DNA of 64,000 nucleotides from an uncultured virus (IMG/VR IMGVR_UViG_3300029985_000038) (Duplodnaviria > Heunggongvirae > Uroviricota > Caudoviricetes). Location: the IMG/VR virus record IMGVR_UViG_3300029985_000038, one strand, 5' to 3'. The notes under the pieces are model-generated. The model had not been told where the DNA came from. It did no database searches and saw only the letters and a program-made list of their open reading frames with translations. The translations under genes were made by a program, and so were the position numbers. Below, piece after piece: positions 50,189-58,255 of the stretch (position 1 is the first letter of the stretch; each line of letters begins with the position of its first letter).

Positions 50189-50208
50189 ATTCTAATGGAT
50201 GATACCTA

Positions 50209-50610
50209 TCACAACACGAATATTTTGTTCGCCCCTGAGTCCCATTGAATCGTAATATTTCCTGAGTTTGGTGTTATAGGTAAGTTAGAAGCAGTATCAA
50301 AGTAAGCAATTAATTGAGAAGTACTATCTGTTCCAGTGTTTGCATAAATCACAAAGTAATCAACTGTAGCACCAGTAACTGAGGAAAAAGTAACATTAGC
50401 TGCATTTGCAACACCACCAGTGCTTGTAACACTCGTTAGGGAACTAGAACGTGCAACGATGTAAGAGGCAATTGTGGAAACATATTGATCAGTAGCAAGG
50501 TTAACAGTATAGCTACTATTAACTAGTGCAACACGAAGATCCGCTGTTGCCCAATCAATACCGCCGTTTAAAAATGATTGTCTAGCCAAAGTGTATAAAG
50601 CGTTTGCCAT
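50209..50610 (-). CDS. Virion/tail-associated protein (MANALY type)
   Basis: LIAYFD...LPITPN.GNITIQW motif; SD present. Confidence 0.7.
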   Translation of the reverse strand: MANALYTLARQSFLNGGIDWATADLRVALVNSSYTVNLATDQYVSTIASYIVARSSSLTSVTSTGGVANAANVTFSSVTGATVDYFVIYANTGTDSTSQLIAYFDTASNLPITPNSGNITIQWDSGANKIFVL

Positions 50611-50709
50611 TTAATTTTTCTCCAATATTTTATTATTCGTGTCGGTTAATACAAACCCTTTAATTTGATAATAAAATCTATAAAATTTTGAAACATGGTA
50701 TAATAAGGC

Positions 50710-51492
50710 ATGTCTTTATTTCGCGTAACTTTCACTGGAGTTGATGGAAAAACTGATTTAAGAAGATTAAATCAGTTGTCAACTGATTATCCCTTTATTG
50801 AATGGGGTGTATTGTTTTCTAGATCAAAGCAAGGTTTAGAAAATCGTTATCCAAATCTTAATGTAATTGCTGATTTTGTAAATCTAGAAAAGCCAATTAA
50901 ATCCGCACATATCTGTGGCAATTGGACTGGAGAAAACCGTAATTATCAATGTCCTCGTGATATAGCTAAAGCACTTTATGATTTATTTGGTGGATTCAAT
51001 AGGTATCAATTTAATATTAGTAATGCCAAAGATGCCCACAGTTATGAAATCTTTCATCAAAACGTGGTTAATTGTGATAATCTACCTTTTTATCAAGGTG
51101 GATTTGTCAACTATCCTAAATTCATTCTTCAAAGTAAGAGTTTTAATTTAACTCAACAAACAATAGAATTATTGAGCTATATACGTGATTACGATGGTAA
51201 TGTACATAATTCAAACCACAACGATCCATTAATCCATGTGCTTTTGGATAATTCAGGGGGCATAGGTAGGGTTTTAGACATCGTAGCTCCACCTGAAGAC
51301 TTTAGATATACCCCAGGTTATGCAGGAGGCATTAATCCTGAGAATGTTGCAGAAGTGATTGGTAAAATTGAAGCCTTAAATCTTAAACAGGATTATTGGA
51401 TTGATATGGAAACAGGCGTAAGAATAGATGATTGGTTTGATTTAGACAAATGTGAAGCTGTAGCCAAGATTGCTAAACAATTTATACACTAG
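50710..51492 (+). CDS. TrpF-like TIM-barrel protein
   Basis: D.SGG.G, GYAGGINPENV, WIDMETGVR. Confidence 0.7.
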   Translation: MSLFRVTFTGVDGKTDLRRLNQLSTDYPFIEWGVLFSRSKQGLENRYPNLNVIADFVNLEKPIKSAHICGNWTGENRNYQCPRDIAKALYDLFGGFNRYQFNISNAKDAHSYEIFHQNVVNCDNLPFYQGGFVNYPKFILQSKSFNLTQQTIELLSYIRDYDGNVHNSNHNDPLIHVLLDNSGGIGRVLDIVAPPEDFRYTPGYAGGINPENVAEVIGKIEALNLKQDYWIDMETGVRIDDWFDLDKCEAVAKIAKQFIH

Positions 51493-51530
51493 TTGAAATA
51501 CTAGTGTATAAATATATGGGAGGTACAAAT

Positions 51531-51668
51531 ATGGAATCAATGCAATCAATCAAAGGAATACTTCTTATAGCCGCAGTTATATTATTTATAGTCGCATCAT
51601 GGCTTAATAATTCAAAAGTCGCATATGCTGGTTTGGCATGTTTCGCGGCTTCCCAGTTGCCAATCTAA
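51531..51668 (+). CDS. 45-aa membrane peptide
   Basis: GGGAGG SD; translated by hand (MESMQSIKGILLIAAVILFIVASW...). Confidence 0.65.
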   Translation: MESMQSIKGILLIAAVILFIVASWLNNSKVAYAGLACFAASQLPI

Positions 51669-51736
51669 AAAAGTCTAGAAAAAGTAGTAAAACCCAAAGA
51701 AACCTGGGTATAATAAGAACAGTTAGGAAAACTATC

Positions 51737-51808
51737 ATGAAAACACAAGTCGCCACAATTATTATTGCAGCCGCAGCAGCGATTATCGCTGATGCCGAAC
51801 TTGGGTAA
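51737..51808 (+). CDS. Leader peptide MKTQVATIIIAAAAAIIADAELG (putative attenuator of tRNA cluster 2)
   Basis: TATAAT 51709-51714, AGGA SD; 8 Ala, 5 Ile, 1 Val codons. Confidence 0.82.
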   Translation: MKTQVATIIIAAAAAIIADAELG

Positions 51809-51835
51809 CTAAAGATAGTAACTAAACTAATCAAC

Positions 51836-51870
51836 AAAAGACTCAAGTTCAAGAAACTTGAGTCTTTTTT
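51836..51870 (+). terminator. Terminator with competing antiterminator
   Basis: AAAAGACTCAAGTT / AACTTGAGTCTTTT plus U tract; GAACTTGGGT (51797-51806) pairs with ACTCAAGTTC (51841-51850). Confidence 0.88.
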
Positions 51871-51894
51871 GTGTTTTGTAGTTACGAGATGAAT

Positions 51895-51971
51895 GGGGAG
51901 TGGGACTGCTTTGGGGTGGTCGTTTCTATGGCATAGAAAACACTAGACGGGTTCGATGCCCGTACTCTCCA
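51895..51971 (+). tRNA. tRNA-Ala(GGC)
   Basis: G3:U70; TTTCT-ATGGCAT-AGAAA. Confidence 0.85.
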
Positions 51972-51982
51972 CGAGAATAAAT

Positions 51983-52054
51983 GGGGGATTAGCTCAGCGG
52001 GAGAGCGGGACTTTTGCAAAGTTCAGGTCAGGGATTCGAATTCCCTATCCTCCA
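51983..52054 (+). tRNA. tRNA-Ala(TGC)
   Basis: G3:U70; loop TTTGCAA; canonical cloverleaf. Confidence 0.92.
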
Positions 52055-52065
52055 CCGAGATAAAT

Positions 52066-52137
52066 CGCCGTATGTCGAAATGGGAAAGAAAATGCCTGAT
52101 TAGCGTTCATGACTGGGTTCGATTCCTAGTGCGGCGA
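52066..52137 (+). tRNA. tRNA-Ile(GAT)
   Basis: CGCCGTA/TGCGGCG; AATGC-CTGATTA-GCGTT. Confidence 0.8.
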
Positions 52138-52165
52138 CGAGAAAATTGATTTCAAATATCGTGCT

Positions 52166-52348
52166 ATGAAAAATATAAATCAATATAAAAAAGAAAATGA
52201 GCGTTTAATTTCATTACTTAAAAAAGTCCAATGGAATGCAGAACCTAATTGTTGTGGTGCATGTGTTTATTGTTATTGTTATGAATGGGAAGAACATAGC
52301 GAAGATTGTGAATTAAATAATTTATTACATGAAAATATAGGAAAATAA
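52166..52348 (+). CDS. Small Cys-rich protein
   Basis: ORF track. Confidence 0.6.
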   Translation: MKNINQYKKENERLISLLKKVQWNAEPNCCGACVYCYCYEWEEHSEDCELNNLLHENIGK

Positions 52349-52349
52349 T

Positions 52350-52685
52350 ATGGAAAACTTAATGCAAAGATTTTTGGAAAAAACAGACGAAACCGGAAGA
52401 TTTATGGTATACTCTAAAAAGACTGGTATCAAGTATTTTGTTGAGCCTATTATGGGTGGAGAAAGAAGATCTTGGGGCGATCTTATCCCTGGTAAATCTG
52501 GTGCTGGAATTGAAGGTGATTATGGTTCTAAATATTTAGGAGCAGTTCACAAAGAAGACTCTTTAATAACAGAAGAAAATGGTTTTAAGAATATTGAATT
52601 GTTAGGTAGAGGGGTTAGTCCTCATGGAACAATTCATGAGGTAGATGACGAAAGATATGCTCAAGGTTTCAGACCAAGAGCATAA
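52350..52685 (+). CDS. Conserved phage hypothetical protein
   Basis: ORF track. Confidence 0.75.
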   Translation: MENLMQRFLEKTDETGRFMVYSKKTGIKYFVEPIMGGERRSWGDLIPGKSGAGIEGDYGSKYLGAVHKEDSLITEENGFKNIELLGRGVSPHGTIHEVDDERYAQGFRPRA

Positions 52686-52709
52686 TGATCAAATCCCAAC
52701 GAGATAAAT

Positions 52710-52778
52710 GGGGGATGTACGGGGTGTACTTCTGACACTTGCAATGTCGGCAAAAGGATTCGAGTTCCTTATTCTCCA
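52710..52778 (+). tRNA. Compact tRNA-Ala(TGC) with 6-bp anticodon stem
   Basis: G3:U70; CTGACA-CTTGCAA-TGTCGG. Confidence 0.8.
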
Positions 52779-52791
52779 CCGAGATAAATAT

Positions 52792-52881
52792 CTCCTGCTA
52801 CCTCAACGGCTAGAGGACTCGACTGAAAAATCCAGAGATTTTTCTAATTGAGCTATCCAAGTTCGATTCTTGGGCGGGAGA
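52792..52881 (+). tRNA. tRNA with 25-nt anticodon loop (18-nt insertion); Phe(GAA) or Arg(TCT) after removal
   Basis: CTCCTGC/GCGGGAG; loop 52823-52847 holds an 8-bp hairpin. Confidence 0.7.
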
Positions 52882-52896
52882 CGAGAAAAATTGTAC

Positions 52897-52972
52897 TAGA
52901 ATATAGTTTTGCGGAAAAACACAGTTTTGAGATTAATACAACTGGGACGTAAGTTCGACTCTTACTATTCAT
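52897..52972 (+). pseudogene. Degenerate tRNA-like element
   Basis: GTAAG-TTCGACT-CTTAC T arm; CAGTT/AACTG stem with 13-nt loop. Confidence 0.45.
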
Positions 52973-53056
52973 AGACATAGGTTGGAATGTTGGTTGGCTA
53001 CCGTGTCTTAATCCGCGATACAGTTCGATTCTGTATAATAATTTCTAACCGAATCT

Positions 53057-53128
53057 GGGCGCATAGATCAATGGCAGATCGCAAACTTGACAGGTTTGAG
53101 GTTATGGGTTCGAACCCCATTGTGCCCA
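53057..53128 (+). tRNA. tRNA-Val(GAC)
   Basis: GGGCGCA/TGTGCCC; CAAAC-TTGACAG-GTTTG. Confidence 0.92.
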
Positions 53129-53157
53129 CGAGTAAAATGTGGTATACTGATTATCTT

Positions 53158-53358
53158 ATGACAGTGTATTTATTAGTTAAAGGAAGAAAAGTTTTCCATA
53201 ATGATGGACCAATGGACGAAGAAGAGTATACAACTACCGAATTAGATCCTGTAGAAATTACTTTTTCCGAATCAAAAGCTAAAGCTTGGAATGAACAAGA
53301 TAAAACTATGTATGGCTTTAAAGCTTTTGAAGTTACAGGAGAACCAGATCAGGTATAA
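53158..53358 (+). CDS. Hypothetical protein
   Basis: Start revised, after GGTATACT. Confidence 0.65.
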   Translation: MTVYLLVKGRKVFHNDGPMDEEEYTTTELDPVEITFSESKAKAWNEQDKTMYGFKAFEVTGEPDQV

Positions 53359-53364
53359 TAAAAC

Positions 53365-53655
53365 ATGATTCAAAATATTATTATTACAAATGGTGTCAAG
53401 ACCGCATCTTGTGAAATTTTAGGAACACCTAAATTTCCATACAATATAGATAATATCTCATTTCATGAGATTCCCGGTTATGGTTTAAACGATTTTTCGT
53501 ATGATGTTCTTGGTTATTTAATTGATGCCGATCAAAGAGTTTGGGTGAAATTACAAGAAAATGTTCCATTTCGTGAAACTACAATGGAAGAATTAACAGC
53601 CTATCAATTAGAATCCGTTAGAAAATGGGACTATTTGATAGTGCCATTAAAATAG
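53365..53655 (+). CDS. Hypothetical protein
   Basis: GGTATAAT-N5-ATG. Confidence 0.7.
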   Translation: MIQNIIITNGVKTASCEILGTPKFPYNIDNISFHEIPGYGLNDFSYDVLGYLIDADQRVWVKLQENVPFRETTMEELTAYQLESVRKWDYLIVPLK

Positions 53656-53924
53656 GAGATTATCCTTTAGCTACAGTCGTTATTACTTCACCAGAAGTGC
53701 GTTTTACAATTAAAGGCACATATTCTGGAAAGGATATTCCTAATATATTTGAATATGCTGATGACAATGGTTGTACTAAAGATTTTATAAAATGGTTAAA
53801 ATCTAACAATATTAAGTGCCGTGATCAAAAGGTTGGCGATTCTTATTCTTTCACTGTTAATGCTAGAAGTGCGGTTGGGGTAAGACAATGGTTTTATGAT
53901 AATGAGGTTAAAACACAATCATGA
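53625..53924 (+). CDS. Hypothetical protein
   Basis: ORF track. Confidence 0.6.
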   Translation: MGLFDSAIKIGDYPLATVVITSPEVRFTIKGTYSGKDIPNIFEYADDNGCTKDFIKWLKSNNIKCRDQKVGDSYSFTVNARSAVGVRQWFYDNEVKTQS

Positions 53925-54140
53925 CAATGAACCTTCAAGAAGAATATGATGATTTAATTTCGGGATGGAGCCATTTTACAGATGCTCATAAAGTTTTCTT
54001 TGATTATTTGAATGCAATGTTAACAGAAGAACAAAAAGAAAAACTTATAAACAAAGCAAGATTAACTGTGCTTGAATTAAGCTTTCCAAATCAGTAAGAT
54101 CAACAAAGGAAAGTTTAATGGTTTATGTGTACATAAAGTT

Positions 54141-54332
54141 ATGGCACAATTAATCTTATCGTCCACAGAACCAGCAAAAGTACTTAAACTTGTTGAACAA
54201 CTATTTCCAGGTGTTGATCTTAAAATTATAGAAGGTATCATCTCAGGTATTGAATTAGACGGAACTTTAAATGCTACAGATACAGCTTCTGGCGTTACCC
54301 TATCAGTCACCATCAATAAAGCACCTAAATAA
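54141..54332 (+). CDS. Hypothetical protein
   Basis: ORF track. Confidence 0.6.
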   Translation: MAQLILSSTEPAKVLKLVEQLFPGVDLKIIEGIISGIELDGTLNATDTASGVTLSVTINKAPK

Positions 54333-54333
54333 T

Positions 54334-54753
54334 ATGGAAGTTAGCGCAAATAAACAAGATATACTTGCGTACATAACCCTAGCTAATAAACATTTTAATT
54401 TAGGCATTGACCAAGTGATAGAAGTCCTTAATAGTGATGCTACTATTAATAATGACATCTATATTAAGTACCCACTACCTTTGGGTGCTTCTGTCACCAT
54501 GACTTTAGGTATAACTGCTGGTGATGGTTATTTAGAGGTTAATATTGAAAACCCTAAAGCTTTCGGTATGGGTGGTTTTGGATTATTACGTGTTGCAATA
54601 GCCGCAGTTATTTTAAAAAAATTAAATCCATATCAACATGTTCTTACAAGTTACAAAGCCAAAAATGGTAATTTACATTTTGGATTTCCTGGTGTAAATA
54701 TTACATCAGGAACATGTAGTAATGGCACATTATTTATTGACATTACTCTATAA
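54334..54753 (+). CDS. Hypothetical protein
   Basis: Start revised to coupled ATG. Confidence 0.65.
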   Translation: MEVSANKQDILAYITLANKHFNLGIDQVIEVLNSDATINNDIYIKYPLPLGASVTMTLGITAGDGYLEVNIENPKAFGMGGFGLLRVAIAAVILKKLNPYQHVLTSYKAKNGNLHFGFPGVNITSGTCSNGTLFIDITL

Positions 54754-55083
54754 TTGAGTATGGATCAAGTACACCCAAATTTGATTAATCAAATTAATCA
54801 AATTAGAATTGATAAATATATTAGTCTTTATTTTTGGATTAAAGGTGACGAAATAATGACGACACGGTTGAGTGACGGATTCTATTTATTGGTTGCTGAT
54901 ACACCTTTAGGTGCAGTTGAAATGCTTAGGCGTTTTCAGGTTGATTGCGAACAATGGACTATGAAATATTACAGTCCTAGTTATTTAGATTGCGTGAGAG
55001 AAGAATTCCCACAACAACAGATTTTAGGATATTTAATTTGGTCTACCAGAAAACCTCTTAAATTAGTGGATTTTGTTGATTAG
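54754..55083 (+). CDS. Hypothetical protein
   Basis: ORF track. Confidence 0.6.
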   Translation: MSMDQVHPNLINQINQIRIDKYISLYFWIKGDEIMTTRLSDGFYLLVADTPLGAVEMLRRFQVDCEQWTMKYYSPSYLDCVREEFPQQQILGYLIWSTRKPLKLVDFVD

Positions 55084-55099
55084 TCTGGTATAATATATG

Positions 55100-55259
55100 T
55101 ACTGCGGTTGGCTTGTGAAATAGAACTCACTGAGTGTAGGAACAAGGTAGCCTCGAAATATAACAACACGATACATACGGCGGCGGTGAGAACTACACTT
55201 AATTCCGTGCCCAATGAAAATTAGATAGGATCGTTATATACCAGTCGTCAACCGCAGTA
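55100..55259 (+). ncRNA. Structured ~160-nt ncRNA
   Basis: TATAAT at 55089; 13-bp closing helix TACTGCGGTTGGC/GTCAACCGCAGTA; internal TGAGTGTAG/CTACACTTA. Confidence 0.7.
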
Positions 55260-55281
55260 ATCTTTTCATTATAATAATATT

Positions 55282-56028
55282 ATGAAATACGATAAAAAAC
55301 TGTACGAACAAAAAAGAAATGAAGCTCTACATCTTAGAGTTCAAGGTGATTCAACAAGAACTATCGCTAAAAAGTTGAAAATTTCTAGAAGTACAGCTAG
55401 TGTTTGGACTAGAAGCATTACACCAAAACCAGAATTAAAAACCAGCAAAGCATTTACTTCACAACTTCCACCAATAGTAGCCACTATTAAAGTGCCCAAA
55501 AATGATATTGATAAATTAGAAGAGTTAATTACTAGTGTTGAAAATGCTTGCCAACAACAAGATGATAATTTGCCTAAAGTCATGTTTGATAAGGGTTATA
55601 GTATGGCTAAGGTTAATGAGCCATTTAGGATGCTATGTGTTCTATTTATGAGATTACAACTTGGGGATGAAACAAATTATAGATTAGAATGGAATCAAAC
55701 TTTAGATTCCTCAAAATCTGTGTTATCTGAAATCAAATTAGTCAACAACCTCTTTAAATATATTCCTCAAAATTTAGGTTGGCAACTGATTTTACAAACC
55801 GACTATATCGAAAGATGCAAAAGTCTAGTGGAATATTTTGCTACAGCCAATTCTATTGTAACTGATGATATGCTTAGGGTTTGTCAAGGTAAAACACTAA
55901 ATGGTAATCGTGTTATTGCTTATGCCAATACACCTGTTCATGGCGTTCAATACTTGTTCGAAGACCCTAAAGTAGTGTATCATTTCATTAAGGGTGGAAT
56001 TACATATGTCAAAGACGCAATTAGTTAA
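55282..56028 (+). CDS. N-terminal helix-turn-helix protein
   Basis: LRVQGDSTRTIAKKLKISRSTASVW. Confidence 0.75.
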   Translation: MKYDKKLYEQKRNEALHLRVQGDSTRTIAKKLKISRSTASVWTRSITPKPELKTSKAFTSQLPPIVATIKVPKNDIDKLEELITSVENACQQQDDNLPKVMFDKGYSMAKVNEPFRMLCVLFMRLQLGDETNYRLEWNQTLDSSKSVLSEIKLVNNLFKYIPQNLGWQLILQTDYIERCKSLVEYFATANSIVTDDMLRVCQGKTLNGNRVIAYANTPVHGVQYLFEDPKVVYHFIKGGITYVKDAIS

Positions 56029-56851
56029 CTGGTTAATAGATGATACGTATGATGATGATATTCGTGGGTTAATATCCACATTAGAATCTCGTAAAACTCC
56101 ATACAAACTTTTCACAATTAAAGATTATTATCAGTGTTTTTTACCAGACCCTAAATGGGATATGATTCCCTATGCTCCAGAAGATAAAGTTTTCTTTTTG
56201 GGGTGTATCTTGATGATGCAAAAAATTCAAAGAGGTACACCTTGGATTCCTGGTGCATTAGGGGATTTTAAATTTGTAGAATGCATCAATTACTATCCTA
56301 TATTGCATAAATTTTTATTAAACAAAGATTATGCTTTTACAAACGTAATAAACCTAAGAGAGAATTGGGCATTTTATCAATCTTGCTTTGGTGAAGATAT
56401 CTTTGTGCGTCCAAATTCAGGTAAGAAGATTTTTAGTGGTTGTGTTATTCATGATCCTCAAGAAATTTTCGATGATAATCAGTCTACATTGGGTAATGAT
56501 TTATTACCTACAGAATTAGCTGTTTTAAGCCGTGCCGTTAACATTGAGTCTGAATATAGATTTTTAACCGTTAACGGTGAGCCAATTACAGGTAGTTCTT
56601 ATCGTGTAAATGGGGAAATGATAAGAGAATTAGCGCCAGAATATTTATATCCATATGTAAAAGATATAGCACAAGTATTGAAAAAATATGAAGTTGCTTC
56701 GATTGTTGATGTTGCGATTGTTGAAAGTAAGCCATATTTATTAGAAATAAATACAGTAAGTTGTTCTGGGTTATACAAAATGGATATGAATAAGTACATC
56801 GAAGGCGTTGAAGAAGCTTGTCGAATTGTAATTGAACAAGAGGAAGTCTAA
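56006..56851 (+). CDS. ATP-grasp domain protein
   Basis: FVRPNSGKKIFSG, EYRF, VDVA, LLEIN. Confidence 0.8.
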   Translation: MSKTQLVNWLIDDTYDDDIRGLISTLESRKTPYKLFTIKDYYQCFLPDPKWDMIPYAPEDKVFFLGCILMMQKIQRGTPWIPGALGDFKFVECINYYPILHKFLLNKDYAFTNVINLRENWAFYQSCFGEDIFVRPNSGKKIFSGCVIHDPQEIFDDNQSTLGNDLLPTELAVLSRAVNIESEYRFLTVNGEPITGSSYRVNGEMIRELAPEYLYPYVKDIAQVLKKYEVASIVDVAIVESKPYLLEINTVSCSGLYKMDMNKYIEGVEEACRIVIEQEEV

Positions 56852-56875
56852 TTTGAAACTTAGAATAATATAAAT

Positions 56876-58252
56876 ATGGATCTCAAAAATACCTTTATTA
56901 AATTAGCACAAGCGAGTGACTATGATGGTTTATTAAAGTATGCGCAAACCTTGGACCAAGTTGATGATTATGAATTATCCGATAAAATCATCAACTATGT
57001 TAAGGTGTCTTCTGAAGTGAACCAAAACAAAAGATTTGCTTCCTATGTAGATGATAACCAACGTATTGCTGCAACTTTAGCTAATAATGTTAATCGTACA
57101 GAGAGGATTATTGAAGGTCCACTTAAAAACATTTTTGAAGCTATTATTAATGCAAAAACAGGTTTAAATTTCCCATTAGATAAGATTCCGCACATTAAGA
57201 ATATTTTTGATATACTTAAAGATCCTTCTACAAAAAACGATTTTTACAATGCTGGTTATCATCTTTTTACAATTAGACACGATTTAACAAGAGAACATGC
57301 GCGACAACGTTTAAATCGTGCATGGAAAGCTTTTGTTAATTATGTCACTAATCATCATAAACCTATCACATTAGATGAAAAAGAGTATGAACATGTTAAA
57401 TCTATTCCTAATTTGAATTACTCTGTGGCTTTGAAAATATTATCCACAGTAGCAGAAAGAGCATTAAATAGACATCATATTGAATTTACTATGGGTGATT
57501 TTCTAAATCCACATAGTGCAATTTTTTATGATGTTTTCGGTCCTACTTCTCCAGTTAAAAAAGAAATTGATCAAGATTTAATTACTGAAGTTGGTCATGA
57601 AAAAGCACAACAAATTTTAAATATAGTACAAGAAGATATTGCGCAAATTCCATTAAACAAGAATTTAATGAAACAGGCAGTTCAGCAACATCACAAAAAT
57701 CAAACTAATAGAAATTATGGTATTCAACACGACAATGATTTACAAACAATAATGAAAGCAATTGAATTGACTGATCCAAATTTGGTTGCTAAAAATGTGT
57801 TTAATTTTCAAACTGAAGATCATTGGAAATTTTTTGATGCTTTTAATTTAAATAAGTTTCATGAGAATTTATATGCAATTGTTTTTGATGAACTTAAAGA
57901 TGAAGTTCATGCTGGAGAAGTTGCTGATAGACTATATAATGCAGTCACTAAAATCCACACTGATAATGTTAAAAAGAATCCCAACTACAATCAGTATCAA
58001 GAAAACTATAGAAATCGTTTAGTTCAACAGGAGCAATTCAGAAAACAACAGTTTTTTCAACAGCAAGAACGTGAAAGGAAAATGCATGAATTGGCTCAAC
58101 AACAAGATGATCAAAAAAACAATATCTATAATGACATTCAGACTATGATTGATACTCGTGAACAAAATCCAGCATATACACCTACTAAAAAGAAATGGTG
58201 GCAATTATGGAAGCAAGCCTCATTAGAAATGGAAGAATTAAGGTATGATTAA
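56876..58252 (+). CDS. Hypothetical protein, possible internal virion protein
   Basis: AQTLD...YELSDKI N-terminal motif; AGG-N18-AGAA upstream. Confidence 0.7.
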   Translation: MDLKNTFIKLAQASDYDGLLKYAQTLDQVDDYELSDKIINYVKVSSEVNQNKRFASYVDDNQRIAATLANNVNRTERIIEGPLKNIFEAIINAKTGLNFPLDKIPHIKNIFDILKDPSTKNDFYNAGYHLFTIRHDLTREHARQRLNRAWKAFVNYVTNHHKPITLDEKEYEHVKSIPNLNYSVALKILSTVAERALNRHHIEFTMGDFLNPHSAIFYDVFGPTSPVKKEIDQDLITEVGHEKAQQILNIVQEDIAQIPLNKNLMKQAVQQHHKNQTNRNYGIQHDNDLQTIMKAIELTDPNLVAKNVFNFQTEDHWKFFDAFNLNKFHENLYAIVFDELKDEVHAGEVADRLYNAVTKIHTDNVKKNPNYNQYQENYRNRLVQQEQFRKQQFFQQQERERKMHELAQQQDDQKNNIYNDIQTMIDTREQNPAYTPTKKKWWQLWKQASLEMEELRYD

Positions 58253-58255
58253 TCC

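Noticed and set aside
51604..51852. 82-aa hydrophobic minus-strand ORF
   Set aside because: Antisense of the Ala/Ile leader peptide, promoter and terminator
52987..53157. N-terminal extension of ORF 52987-53358
   Set aside because: Overlaps tRNA-Val(GAC); better start at 53158
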